DNA of 64,000 bases, from NCBI GenBank assembly GCA_963676395.1, contig OY781066.1:1376001-1440000 (forward strand). The letters are read 5' to 3'. This DNA comes from a bacterium (GTDB taxonomy: Bacteria > Fidelibacterota > Fidelibacteria > Fidelibacterales > Fidelibacteraceae). Made by a program: the position numbers and the translations under genes. Position 1 is the stretch's first letter, and each line of letters starts with the position of its first letter. This document shows positions 20,427 to 30,775 of the stretch, piece after piece. Under the pieces are notes generated by a model that saw only the letters and a list, made by a program, of their open reading frames with translations, searched no databases and was not told the DNA's origin.

Positions 20427-20971
20427 GATTTAGCTTCTGTCGTATTTTTGACTGATTTATTGCGTTTTTCTTTTATTTCGTCAATGATGGTTACGACGAG
20501 ATAAATACCAACACCCACGGTGATGCAGGCATCGGCTACATTAAAAATAGCAAAAGGATTAAAGGGCCAGAACCCAAGGTCCACTTTTACAAAATCGGTG
20601 ACTTGTCCCCGGAAAAATCGGTCAATAAAGTTACCGATTGCACCGGCATAAATAATGGTAAAAGCGATAAAGTTGATTTTCTTGCTGGGATCATCCTTGA
20701 GTATTCTATAGAAAAAATAGAGGATAAAAAGCAAGGCGAGAATAGAAACATACTTTAAGGCGGGAATCGGAATGGAAAATGCGACACCGATATTTTCGGC
20801 ATGAGTAAAGGTGACAACTTCACCTAGAACTTTAATGTCCTGCCAAGAATAATAATCTTCCATAGGAAGTTCTTTACGGATGGCGTGCTTGCTCCATTGG
20901 TCCAGGCCAATAAGTCCAAAGAAGAGCACGATACAGACAACAATTAGGATGATCTTTTGGGTTTTATTCAT
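20423..20971 (-). CDS. lspA: Lipoprotein signal peptidase II
   Basis: DQWSK, NIGVAFS, GAIGNFIDR, FNVAD; upstream of rluD. Confidence 0.92.
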   Translation of the reverse strand: MNKTQKIILIVVCIVLFFGLIGLDQWSKHAIRKELPMEDYYSWQDIKVLGEVVTFTHAENIGVAFSIPIPALKYVSILALLFILYFFYRILKDDPSKKINFIAFTIIYAGAIGNFIDRFFRGQVTDFVKVDLGFWPFNPFAIFNVADACITVGVGIYLVVTIIDEIKEKRNKSVKNTTEAKS

Positions 20972-21134
20972 GTTTGCCTTTAAGTTTTTGTTCATGCCGT
21001 AAAATAAATAGGATAGAGGGGGAATGAAACAAGAAAAAGAAGTTGCCGGAAGGTAGAAAGAGACTATATTCAAATTACAAGAGACAAAATAATACAGGTT
21101 TATTATTTGCGACCTGAGTTAGCGCTATTGAGTA

Positions 21135-23267
21135 TTATGATTTATTATTTTCTACCGTTTTCTTTTTTAACTCAAAATACCATCTCATGATCGTCGGTAG
21201 TAAGGTCAAGCTCAAGAACATGGACATCATCATGGAAACCCAAATGAGGATACCAACATCTCTGTGGACTGTAAGTGGTGTAAAAAAGAGAACGCTCATA
21301 CCGAGTGCGAGTCCAACAGCATTGGACATGATAGGTCGTACAGCATATTCAAAACCACGTTCAACCGAATTTAATTCAAGAGAAACAGAGGTAAGGTGGA
21401 TAGCATAATCAACATTAATTCCCATCGCGATGGAGAAGATCAGAGAGGAGATCACGGTGAGGTGAACACCGCTGATGCCAAGGAAGCCGTAGAGAAACCA
21501 GGATGTAATGATCACGGGAATAAGTGAAAATATTGAGGGTCGTAGCCGCATGAAAGTGATCAGCAATAAGCCAAACATCACAATAATTGATACGATCATT
21601 GTGTGTTTAAGATTGATCACCATGCTCATGTTCAGGTCTTCCATAATATAGGACATGCCGGTAATATCAATGCGTGCCCCGTCATCGGGAACGGCATCCA
21701 CGATATCTTTAAGTTTTTTCAAAGAGGCTGTGTTGATCTCGGCAGGAAGTATGGTCATTTTGATCGCTTCGTTATCAAAATCGATCATGTGTTTGAGTGG
21801 CATATTGTCCTGATTGATAAAGTCGCTGAGGATCTGACGTTCGGGTGAAAAATAGCGCATCATGCGCATGCCCGGCTGATCCAAGATACCATCCATAATA
21901 TCGTAAGGGGAAATAACACCGCCAAAATTTTTCAGTGAGTCGGCAAGGGTTGCAATGCGCTCTTTTAGATCGCTATCCAGAATGTTTTCTTTATTTTGCA
22001 CAAAAACATATAGTGGCATAGATCCGCCTTGGACATCAGTGATAGTGATTGCCGACTGAACAACATCTGTATTTTTCTTGAAAAGTGATAACTGATTAAA
22101 ATCGGTTTGAACATTATGAAAGCCAACAAAGCCTAAAGCGATCACAACGACTGCAATCACAATTGAGGGCCATCCCCAGAGTTTTTGAAAAAAGTGTCCG
22201 GTAATTCTGGGTTTTTTAATTTTATTCTGATTGAAAGAAACAAAGTTGATCATGAATAAGGGTAGAACAAACCAGGTTGCCAGTCCGGCAAAACCAACTC
22301 CTATGGCACAATAATAAGCTAATTCCTGGACTGCATTCGTATCCATGACCAGTAATGAAAGAAAGCCACCTGCGGAGGTTATCGTGGTAATCACCATGGG
22401 AATGCCCACAAGATGTAAGGTTCTTGCAACGGCTTCTTTCTTGTTAAACCCTTCTTGACGACCTTCAAGATAATGCGACACAAAGTGCAAGCCATCGGCA
22501 GAACCAATTACCAAAGTAAATAGCGGCGCAATGGCGGTAATAATAGAAACTTTAACGCCTAACCAGCCAATGAGTCCCATCACCCAAATAGCACCCACAA
22601 AAGCGGGAATGATAGCTAAGAAAGTTGCTTTAGAGGACATTAATTGGGAGCGAAAGATAAGAAAAACAAGGAAGATTGCAATTAGCGGTAAAAATGTAGT
22701 GACCGTTTCAACGATATCAACGACGCGTTTCTGTATAAAAGCTGTACCGCTTATATCGTAATGCATACCGGTATCACTGAGAATTTTGCCGATATGATCA
22801 ATAGCTTGACGGTTAATTGTGCTATCGGCAAAAAGTGAGAAGAATATTTTCCATTCACCTTGATGTTTTTTTGCGGAAGAAAGCCCCTCTATTAATTGTA
22901 GATCAATAAATTCACCATTCATGACCGGTGAAACAATGTAGGATAAACAAGGCAGGGTATTTAATGTATCGTCAAGAGCGACGATTTTTTCCTGAAGTGC
23001 CATGTCTAAGGTATCTTTTCCGGTATGTAATAAAACAATCAACTCGTCTTCGTTTTCGAAAATGTCATTCATGTCGTCCATAATGTCTTTAGACGGTGAA
23101 TGGTTTGGCATGAAAATGAGTAAATTTGAATCGGTTTCAAGTCGAGCAATTCCTACTAATGCCAGTATCATCATGGTAATAAAAAGGATCAAATAGGGAA
23201 TGCTTCGTTTTTGCATCAAATCCGTAAAGCGAGTATATTTTAGATGTCCGAGTTTTTTATTTTTCAT
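21135..23267 (-). CDS. MMPL/RND family transporter
   Basis: Two repeats each with a soluble loop and TM bundle; GSADGLH and GINVDYAIH. Confidence 0.85.
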   Translation of the reverse strand: MKNKKLGHLKYTRFTDLMQKRSIPYLILFITMMILALVGIARLETDSNLLIFMPNHSPSKDIMDDMNDIFENEDELIVLLHTGKDTLDMALQEKIVALDDTLNTLPCLSYIVSPVMNGEFIDLQLIEGLSSAKKHQGEWKIFFSLFADSTINRQAIDHIGKILSDTGMHYDISGTAFIQKRVVDIVETVTTFLPLIAIFLVFLIFRSQLMSSKATFLAIIPAFVGAIWVMGLIGWLGVKVSIITAIAPLFTLVIGSADGLHFVSHYLEGRQEGFNKKEAVARTLHLVGIPMVITTITSAGGFLSLLVMDTNAVQELAYYCAIGVGFAGLATWFVLPLFMINFVSFNQNKIKKPRITGHFFQKLWGWPSIVIAVVVIALGFVGFHNVQTDFNQLSLFKKNTDVVQSAITITDVQGGSMPLYVFVQNKENILDSDLKERIATLADSLKNFGGVISPYDIMDGILDQPGMRMMRYFSPERQILSDFINQDNMPLKHMIDFDNEAIKMTILPAEINTASLKKLKDIVDAVPDDGARIDITGMSYIMEDLNMSMVINLKHTMIVSIIVMFGLLLITFMRLRPSIFSLIPVIITSWFLYGFLGISGVHLTVISSLIFSIAMGINVDYAIHLTSVSLELNSVERGFEYAVRPIMSNAVGLALGMSVLFFTPLTVHRDVGILIWVSMMMSMFLSLTLLPTIMRWYFELKKKTVENNKS

Positions 23268-24009
23268 TGTTTTTGTACATCGCATTCAGATGATCGTGCA
23301 TTAACTTATAACAACGGTCTTTAAGTTCAGCGCGTTGTTCATAAGTATATTCCGATGTGTCGATTTCAGGCAGAATATCAATTTCAACATCGGAATGATA
23401 AAAGTGCTTTGTTTCGGGTGGCATCATTTCTCGAACACCTTTCATGCACACCGGCAAGATGGGGAGTCCGTTGTTGATAGCCATTACAAATGCGCCCATT
23501 CTGAATTTTGCAAGTCTCACATCTTTAAATCGGCTTCCCTCCGGAAATACCATGAGTGAGAGTTTTTCCTTTTTCAATATTTCAAATTGTTCGTTCAAAT
23601 GACCAATAGATTTTCCTTTGTTTTGATTATCTACAAAAATAAAACCCGATTTTGCCATTGCCGAGCCGATGAAGGGCATTTTTCTCAGTTGCTGTTTAGC
23701 TACCATACGCATGTTAATGGGAAAGAAGCCCAGTAGGAAAAACACATCGACAGAGCTTTCATGATTAGCAATAACCACATAGGGTTTATTAGGGTCGATA
23801 TTTTCCATGCCCCTGAATGTGTGCTTGCCGGGTGTTGCAATGGCAGCCCACCAACCCCAAGCCTTGATCATTTTGTTGTAAAACGACATGCGGCGGATAA
23901 AAGGGGATAACAGTACAATGCTACCGGCAATAAAAATATTACCCAAATAAGTGTGTACGTATATCCATAAATTGTGGAAGAAATTCGTTTTTTTATTTTT
24001 AGGCTTCAA
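23257..24009 (-). CDS. plsC: 1-acyl-sn-glycerol-3-phosphate acyltransferase
   Basis: NHESSVD (HX4D) and FPEGSR. Confidence 0.85.
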   Translation of the reverse strand: MKPKNKKTNFFHNLWIYVHTYLGNIFIAGSIVLLSPFIRRMSFYNKMIKAWGWWAAIATPGKHTFRGMENIDPNKPYVVIANHESSVDVFFLLGFFPINMRMVAKQQLRKMPFIGSAMAKSGFIFVDNQNKGKSIGHLNEQFEILKKEKLSLMVFPEGSRFKDVRLAKFRMGAFVMAINNGLPILPVCMKGVREMMPPETKHFYHSDVEIDILPEIDTSEYTYEQRAELKDRCYKLMHDHLNAMYKNNEK

Positions 24010-25264
24010 TTTTATCTGTACCTACATATGGCCTTAAAGCTTCGGGGATCAGTAGAGATCCGTTGGCTTGCTGATAGTTTTCAATGATCGCGATCATTAA
24101 CCTGGGTGTTGCCACACCCGAACCGTTAAGCGTATGCACAAAGTGCATGCCTTTGTCATCCTTAAAGCGGATGTTTGAACGACGTGCCTGGAAATCTTCG
24201 AAATTTGAGCAAGAAGAAACTTCCAACCATTTTTCGGTGCCGGGTGCCCATAATTCGATATCATGACAGCGAGCTGCGGCAAAACTTAAGTCACCCGTGC
24301 AAAGTTCAAGAATACGGTAGGGTAATTCCAGTTTTTGTAGAATAGCTTCGGCATTTTTAACCAGACCCGCCCACGCTTCATAAGATTTATCTGGATGAAC
24401 AAATTGTACCATTTCAACTTTGTTAAACTGATGCAGGCGCTGTAAACCTCGAGTATCTTTACCGTAAGAGCCGGCTTCGCGACGGAAACAACCGGAGAAA
24501 GCAGCGTATTTAATTGGAAAATCGGCAGGGTTCAGGACTTCGTCACGGTGCATGTTTGTCACAGGGACTTCAGCCGTAGGAATAAACCACAGGTCATCAT
24601 CTTTGAGGTGGTACATATCGTCTGCCAACTTGGGTAGTTGACCGGTGCCTGTAACTGATTCCGAATTTACCAAGAATGGTGGGAAGATTTCGATGTAACC
24701 GTGTTCGCTAGTATGTATATCTAACATAAAATTGATCAAAGCGCGTTCGAGCCTCGCACCCCAACCGGTATATAGCGGAAAACCGCTGCCGGAGATCTTG
24801 GCACCACGTTTGAGATCGAGCATTTTTAGCTTCTCAGCAACATCCAAATGATCTTTGGGTTTGAAATCGAATTCGCGTTTTTCTCCCCAAATTGCTATCT
24901 CGACATTCTCGGTTTCGTTTTTACCGATAGGAGTATCGTCGGATGGGATATTGGGGATAGCTAAAAGCTGGGCTTTTAATTCCAGGGTGATAGCTGTGAT
25001 TTTAGCGTCGTTTTCTTTTATATCTGCAGAAAGTTTTTGCATATCTGCTATTTCGACTGATGCGTCTTCTTTATTTCGTTTTTTTAAAGAAATAGCCTGA
25101 GATACTTTGTTCCGGACACTTTTCATATCGTCCGTTTTCTTACTCAGATTTCTGCGTTTATCATCTAATGCTACAATGGCATCAATATCAATATTAACAT
25201 TTTTTGTTTCAACTGCTTTTTGTACAGCTTGAGGGTGTTCTCGAATGATTTTAATATCTAGCAT
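23999..25264 (-). CDS. serS: Serine-tRNA ligase
   Basis: MLDIK, PTAEVP, FRREAG, EVSSCSN, HTLNGSG. Confidence 0.97.
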   Translation of the reverse strand: MLDIKIIREHPQAVQKAVETKNVNIDIDAIVALDDKRRNLSKKTDDMKSVRNKVSQAISLKKRNKEDASVEIADMQKLSADIKENDAKITAITLELKAQLLAIPNIPSDDTPIGKNETENVEIAIWGEKREFDFKPKDHLDVAEKLKMLDLKRGAKISGSGFPLYTGWGARLERALINFMLDIHTSEHGYIEIFPPFLVNSESVTGTGQLPKLADDMYHLKDDDLWFIPTAEVPVTNMHRDEVLNPADFPIKYAAFSGCFRREAGSYGKDTRGLQRLHQFNKVEMVQFVHPDKSYEAWAGLVKNAEAILQKLELPYRILELCTGDLSFAAARCHDIELWAPGTEKWLEVSSCSNFEDFQARRSNIRFKDDKGMHFVHTLNGSGVATPRLMIAIIENYQQANGSLLIPEALRPYVGTDKIEA

Positions 25265-25454
25265 AACTTCCTTCCTTTGTCAGCGAAAAATACAACGAAG
25301 TTGGGGAATTTGAAATAGTTAATTGTGAGATTGAAATGAATATAAAATGTATGGATTAATCGTTGAGCGTTTAGGGATTATCCCTATATCGCCCGGGAAT
25401 AGGGGGAGCCTAGAGTTCTCCGTACAAATTCAGGCAATAAAATCCTTAGTGCTT

Positions 25455-26534
25455 TTAACTGTTTATGCTTTTATGTGAGATCAGTACACTTAACAATCTT
25501 TCTATCTGTTCCTCGCTATGTGCCGAAGACAGCGTAAATCTAAAATAATCCGGTTTTTCAGGATATCGAATAAAGGAAGGATAAATACCGGCTTTTTCGA
25601 GCTTTTGGGCGAGCTGCCGGCTTTCTTGCTTTTCTTTGATAAAAATATTCACCCCGGGTGCGGGATTTACGGGCATATCGTAACCCGCATTGGCAAGTGT
25701 TTGTTTAAATTTTATACTGCGGTTTTGGATGAGCTTGATCTTTTGCGGATTATCAATAAAGAAATCAATGGCTTTTGTTGCAGCGGCTACGGTGGGCAAT
25801 GGCATGGCGGAGGTTGTGGCATAAGCTGTTGTGGTTCTAACGGCATCGATACAACGTTTAAGTCCTGAAATATATCCACCGGCTACCCCCACAGCTTTAG
25901 AGAGTGATCCGGTGAGTAATAAATGTTTTTGACTTAAATCGAAGTGTTCAAATCCACCTCGCCCATTTTTACCAAGAAGGCCCAGGGCATGTGCTTCATC
26001 TACAACCAAGGCACCTTCGTATTTTTCAACGATGGATTCGTAATCTTTAAGCGGGGGAAGCGTGGCATAAACGGAGTCTGTAACGACACAAGGTTTGCGA
26101 CCGTGTTCGCGAATATGAGCGTCCCAGACTTTAAGATTTTCGGGGATAGGTGAACCGGGCAGTCCGCTTATGGCGAGAGCTTTTTTTAGACTGGGGTGGC
26201 ACTTAGGATGATAATAAACATGTAAGTGTTTGTCGGTGAAGACTTCAAAGAGAGCAATGTTTGCCATGTAACCCGTCGGTAATAAGGCCGTAGCTTCAGT
26301 TCCTAGAAATTCTGTGATCTTTTTTTCCAGGGCAATATGCAGGGGGTGGTTTCCTGTCGTTACACGTGAACCACCGCAATTTAAGCCATAGATTTCAATC
26401 GCTCGCTTAACTTCATCTTCGAGTTCGGGGTTTCTTGATAATCGATGATAATCATAGCCGCCAAAAAACAAATAGCGTTTATTGTTCCAGATGATGTGAA
26501 CGGTTTCACAGGGGCTCAGTACGGGAGGGTTCAT
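25455..26534 (-). CDS. PLP-dependent alpha-oxoamine synthase family protein (BioF/Kbl-like)
   Basis: GGSR, TGYMAN, VDEAHALG, GSLSKA. Confidence 0.8.
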   Translation of the reverse strand: MNPPVLSPCETVHIIWNNKRYLFFGGYDYHRLSRNPELEDEVKRAIEIYGLNCGGSRVTTGNHPLHIALEKKITEFLGTEATALLPTGYMANIALFEVFTDKHLHVYYHPKCHPSLKKALAISGLPGSPIPENLKVWDAHIREHGRKPCVVTDSVYATLPPLKDYESIVEKYEGALVVDEAHALGLLGKNGRGGFEHFDLSQKHLLLTGSLSKAVGVAGGYISGLKRCIDAVRTTTAYATTSAMPLPTVAAATKAIDFFIDNPQKIKLIQNRSIKFKQTLANAGYDMPVNPAPGVNIFIKEKQESRQLAQKLEKAGIYPSFIRYPEKPDYFRFTLSSAHSEEQIERLLSVLISHKSINS

Positions 26535-26895
26535 GTTTACTTCCTTGTTTATCCTTATTGGAAAATATAATGAAGAAATAAGTAACACAAAACAAGAAAT
26601 CACAAACTCTTGAGTCGGGTAATTCCTGAATCTGAGATACCTAAAACTTGAGGCTGTTTATATTCTTAAGAATAAAATTTTTCTATTGTATATGATCAAT
26701 GTTTCCCGAATCATAAATTTATGTAATTCGGACGTTAATTATTTTTTTATGTACGTAGAATAGCTATAAGTCTACAAAAATAATAAAAATAATTTCGATT
26801 ATTCTTGTTAATGTGAAAAAAGACACATAAAATATTAACACTAAAGAGTGACAAAGAATGTCATTCGTAATTTGTTAATGAGAAAGGTAGAAATC

Positions 26896-27330
26896 ATGCC
26901 AAAACTTACATTTAAAGCCAGCGCCAAAAGCGAAAACCCCACAAAAACCGTTGTAAAAGCACGTAACTTTACATTGATCGTAGATGAACCCGAAGCATTA
27001 GGTGGTACTGATCAGGGTGCAAATCCTGTAGAATTTGTTTTAACGGCTCTTGCCGGTTGTTTGAACGTTGTCGGTCACGTTGTTGCCAAAGAAATGGGTA
27101 TTGATATGCGCGGTATTGAAATTGAATTAGATGGTGATTTGAATCCCGCAAAATTCATGGGCCAGGATGACAGTGAAAGAGCCGGATACCAAAACATTAA
27201 TGTTTCGGTCAAACCTGATTGTGATGCTGATGCGGATACATTAGCCAAATGGTTAGAAACTATCGAAAGTCGCTGTCCGGTTTCTGATAATATCACGAAT
27301 GCAACACCTGTTGCAATCAAATTGGGATAA
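26896..27330 (+). CDS. OsmC family protein
   Basis: DEP..LGGTDQGANPVE..ALAGC; RCPVSD; gaaaggt SD. Confidence 0.9.
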   Translation: MPKLTFKASAKSENPTKTVVKARNFTLIVDEPEALGGTDQGANPVEFVLTALAGCLNVVGHVVAKEMGIDMRGIEIELDGDLNPAKFMGQDDSERAGYQNINVSVKPDCDADADTLAKWLETIESRCPVSDNITNATPVAIKLG

Positions 27331-27367
27331 TTTATAAAGTACATATTCGTTATAAATGAATCTGAAG

Positions 27368-27396
27368 AGTGCCTCTAGATTTAGGGGCACTTTTTT
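27368..27396 (+). terminator. Intrinsic terminator
   Basis: agtgcctcta-gatt-taggggcact plus T run. Confidence 0.8.
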
Positions 27397-27419
27397 GTTT
27401 ATGTAAAATAGTGAGAGTG

Positions 27420-27617
27420 TGTCATTTCGACCGGAGTTTCGGTGTTAATCGAAACGAAGTGGAGAAAGCTCAAACATGCATTCAATTTGGCTGAGAATAA
27501 CTTGGTGCGCTACAACGAGATTACAGGCAACTACACGCAAGCACATAACATATTCGTTTGGGATCTTTCCACTACATCCATCTGCGTTAACTATGATGGA
27601 TGCTGGTCGAGATGACA
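27420..27617. repeat. MITE/REP-like palindromic element
   Basis: Terminal IR tgtcatttcgacc / ggtcgagatgaca (1 mismatch); inner gtggagaaag / ctttccac. Confidence 0.75.
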
Positions 27618-27755
27618 TTCTGTTTGATTTTTGGGGCGTTTTTTATAGCGTGATACACAAAAATTATCTCTCTACAATTACAAAGATATCTTGGAAAATC
27701 GTTTTCCCTACCTGATATTATTATTACATTTCACGGTAAAAAATAGGAGGTTTAA

Positions 27756-28355
27756 ATGGACCTTTTAGCCAGTCTTTCCCCAAATCTTGTAACATACATC
27801 GTTATTCCATTGCTTATAATGCTCGCAAGAATTTGCGATGTGACCATTGGAACATTCAGGATTATTTTAGTTTCGCGTGGCGAACGTTTATATGCCTCGT
27901 TGGCCGGATTTGTTGAGGTTCTTATTTGGATTGTAGTCGTTGGTCATGTTATGAGCGATCTTGGTGGTTGGTTGAATTATTTTGCATATGCGGCCGGTTT
28001 TGCCATGGGTAATTATATAGGTATATCCCTTGAACGCAAGTTAGCGATGGGGATGGTTGTGATGCGTGTGATCACCAATAAACCGGGTGATGATTTGATA
28101 GAGCACTTAAAACAAGAATATCATGGTGTAACTTCTATTGCAGCTCGTGGAGTGTCCGGTGAAGTAAGGCTTGTACTAGCTGTTGTAAAACGCAAAGATA
28201 TTCCTTATTTTTTAAAGATTGTCAAAGCGCATAATCCGAAAGCTTTTGTTTCGGTGGAGGATGTTCGCCACCTGAGTGAAACGCATTTGCCACCAAGAAC
28301 ACGAAAGCATGCAAAGATAAATAGACGAATGAAGTTTTCTTTGAAAAGGAAGTAA
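27756..28355 (+). CDS. DUF2179/DUF5698 (UPF0316) membrane protein
   Basis: ARICDVTIGTFR, GFVEV, YAAGFAMGNYIG, PKAFVSVEDVR. Confidence 0.85.
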   Translation: MDLLASLSPNLVTYIVIPLLIMLARICDVTIGTFRIILVSRGERLYASLAGFVEVLIWIVVVGHVMSDLGGWLNYFAYAAGFAMGNYIGISLERKLAMGMVVMRVITNKPGDDLIEHLKQEYHGVTSIAARGVSGEVRLVLAVVKRKDIPYFLKIVKAHNPKAFVSVEDVRHLSETHLPPRTRKHAKINRRMKFSLKRK

Positions 28356-28361
28356 CAGATC

Positions 28362-28471
28362 TGACATTTCGACCGGATCGAACCACCTGCGGTGGTGAAC
28401 GGAGTGGAGAAATCTCAAACAATCAAGGATAGTTTAATGTTTGGGAACCTTCGGCTTCGCTCGGGATGACA
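28362..28471. repeat. MITE/REP-like palindromic element, second copy
   Basis: tgacatttcgaccgga..gtggagaaatctcaaaca..tcgggatgaca. Confidence 0.7.
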
Positions 28472-28524
28472 TTTTTAATAGTATTGTAACAATTTGAAGC
28501 TGTGTGGAAAAATAGAAGGAGTTC

Positions 28525-30627
28525 ATGATGAAAAAGTGGACATGGGCCTCGGCCCTGCTGATGCTCCTGATCCTTAGCTCATGTGGAGAAAAAATGATCG
28601 AAGCACCAAAAGCCAAAAAGGCTAACAAGGAAATGACTATCCATGGTGATACTCGTGTAGATCCTTATTATTGGTTAAGAGAAAGAGAAAACCCCGAAGT
28701 GATCTCGTATCTTGAAGCGGAAAATGAATATGCCGATGCAAAGATGAAAGACACTGAAAAACTTCAAAAAAAATTGTACGATGAAATGATTAGTCGTATA
28801 AAACAAGATGATGAATCCGTACCGTACTGGATGAATGGTTATCTTTATTATTCTCGTTATGAAAAAGGGAAGGAATATCCCATTTACTGCCGCAAAACTT
28901 CCGAAGATGCCGAAGAACAGATTTTGTTGAATGTGAATGAATTGGCTGAGGGTTATGCTTATTATCAGGTTTCAGGTCTTTATGTTTCACCTGATAATAA
29001 AATGTTGGCCTTTGGTGAAGACACGCTTTCACGTCGTAAGTATACCTTGCGTTTTTTGAATCTTGAAACAGGTGAATATCTTCCCGATCAAATTCCCAAT
29101 ACACCCGGTGGCATTGCTTGGGCTAACGATAATAAGACTATCTTTTATAATTTGAAAGATGAGACACTACGCCCTTTTCAAACCTGGCGTCATACCTTAG
29201 GTGAAGATATTGAAAATGATTTCTTAGTATTTGAAGAGAAAGAAGTCAATTTTTATCATGGTGTTTATCGCTCAAATAGTGGTGATTATATCATGTTGGC
29301 TTCTCAATCAACCGTAAATACAGAATACTCTTATATTGATGCCGATCTACCATATTCAAAACCGACCCTTATTCAAAAAAGAACTAAAGATCTTGAATAT
29401 CATCCAACCCACGTTGGCTCGGTTTTTTATATTTTAACGAATGATGATGCTAAAAATTATAAGTTGGTTGCCGCACCGGTAACGGCGGCATCAAAGAAAA
29501 ACTGGAAGACTATCGTTCCTCATCGTGAAGATGTTTTATTGGAAGGTACGGAGTTTTTCAAAGATCGCTATGTTTTGCAAGAACGTGCCAACGCTCAGCC
29601 AAGATTACGTATTCTTAGCTATGATGGTAAGATTGATGAATACATTAAATTTAATGAAGATGCTTATGATGTCTGGATCGGTACTAATCGTGAATTTGAT
29701 TCCGAGATCTTACGTTTTGGCTATGAATCTATGACAACTCCGGGTTCTACTTATGATCAGAATCTTTTGACCGGTGAACGCGAGTTGAAAAAACAACGTG
29801 CTGTTTTGGGTAATTTTAAATCGGAAAACTATAAAACCGAACGTCTTTGGGCTAAAGCTCGTGATGGTGCTAAGGTTCCTATGTCGGTTGTATATCATAA
29901 AGATACAAAATTGAACGGGAAAGCGCCCTTGGTTTTGTATGCTTACGGATCTTATGGCATGAATATGACACCCTACTTTTCATCCGTGCGCTTAAGCCTT
30001 CTTGATAGAGGTTATATTTGGGTGATCGCTCATATCCGCGGTGGACAGGAAATGGGTCGCTATTGGTATGATGATGGTAAATTGCTTAATAAAATGAATA
30101 CTTTTACCGATTTCATTGATTGTGCCGACGATTTAGTGGAAAGGAATTATACGGCCTATGATAATATGGTTGCAATGGGTGGTTCCGCCGGCGGTTTGCT
30201 TGTTGGTGCCGTTGCGAATATGGCTCCGGAAAAATTTGCCGGAATTGTTGCTCAGGTTCCTTTTGTGGATGTTGTAACAACCATGTTGGACGATACCATT
30301 CCTTTAACAACAAATGAATACGATGAATGGGGTAATCCGAATATTGAAGAATATTACAAATATATGCTTTCTTATTCACCATATGATAATGTCGAAGCCA
30401 AAGACTACCCAAATTTGTTGATCACAACAGGATTGCATGATTCTCAGGTTCAGTACTGGGAACCGGCAAAATGGACAGCCAAACTTCGTGACATGAAAAC
30501 TGACGATAATTTGCTTCTCATGAAAACGGAAATGGATTACGGTCATGGCGGTGCATCGGGTCGTTTCCAGGTTTACAAAGAAGTTGCCTTGGAGTATGCG
30601 TTTATCATGAAGGTGACAAAACACTAA
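28525..30627 (+). CDS. ptrB: Oligopeptidase B (S9A), predicted lipoprotein
   Basis: DPYYWLR, GGSAGG, HDSQVQYWEPAKW, GHGG; lipobox LSSC. Confidence 0.92.
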   Translation: MMKKWTWASALLMLLILSSCGEKMIEAPKAKKANKEMTIHGDTRVDPYYWLRERENPEVISYLEAENEYADAKMKDTEKLQKKLYDEMISRIKQDDESVPYWMNGYLYYSRYEKGKEYPIYCRKTSEDAEEQILLNVNELAEGYAYYQVSGLYVSPDNKMLAFGEDTLSRRKYTLRFLNLETGEYLPDQIPNTPGGIAWANDNKTIFYNLKDETLRPFQTWRHTLGEDIENDFLVFEEKEVNFYHGVYRSNSGDYIMLASQSTVNTEYSYIDADLPYSKPTLIQKRTKDLEYHPTHVGSVFYILTNDDAKNYKLVAAPVTAASKKNWKTIVPHREDVLLEGTEFFKDRYVLQERANAQPRLRILSYDGKIDEYIKFNEDAYDVWIGTNREFDSEILRFGYESMTTPGSTYDQNLLTGERELKKQRAVLGNFKSENYKTERLWAKARDGAKVPMSVVYHKDTKLNGKAPLVLYAYGSYGMNMTPYFSSVRLSLLDRGYIWVIAHIRGGQEMGRYWYDDGKLLNKMNTFTDFIDCADDLVERNYTAYDNMVAMGGSAGGLLVGAVANMAPEKFAGIVAQVPFVDVVTTMLDDTIPLTTNEYDEWGNPNIEEYYKYMLSYSPYDNVEAKDYPNLLITTGLHDSQVQYWEPAKWTAKLRDMKTDDNLLLMKTEMDYGHGGASGRFQVYKEVALEYAFIMKVTKH

Positions 30628-30648
30628 AAAAATAGAATAAATCTAAAT

Positions 30649-30680
30649 GTAGGGCGGATATCTGTATCCGCCTTTTTTTT
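30649..30680 (+). terminator. Intrinsic terminator, GTAG-REP-like
   Basis: gtag-ggcggata-tctg-tatccgcc-T8. Confidence 0.8.
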
Positions 30681-30775
30681 GTTATCCCTTATTATTTTGG
30701 AAATTCACACCATGTTTTTCGTTTCTCTTTACACCTCAATAGCTTATATTCCAAATTGTTAAAAAAGGAGTAAAC

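Noticed and set aside
27476..27715. 79-aa ORF, and ORFs at 28212-28422 and 52787-52978
   Set aside because: They run through palindromic repeat elements and have no protein-like signature
27420..28471. Repeats as a CRISPR array or attC sites
   Set aside because: Not regularly spaced, no cas genes, no consistent attC core sites
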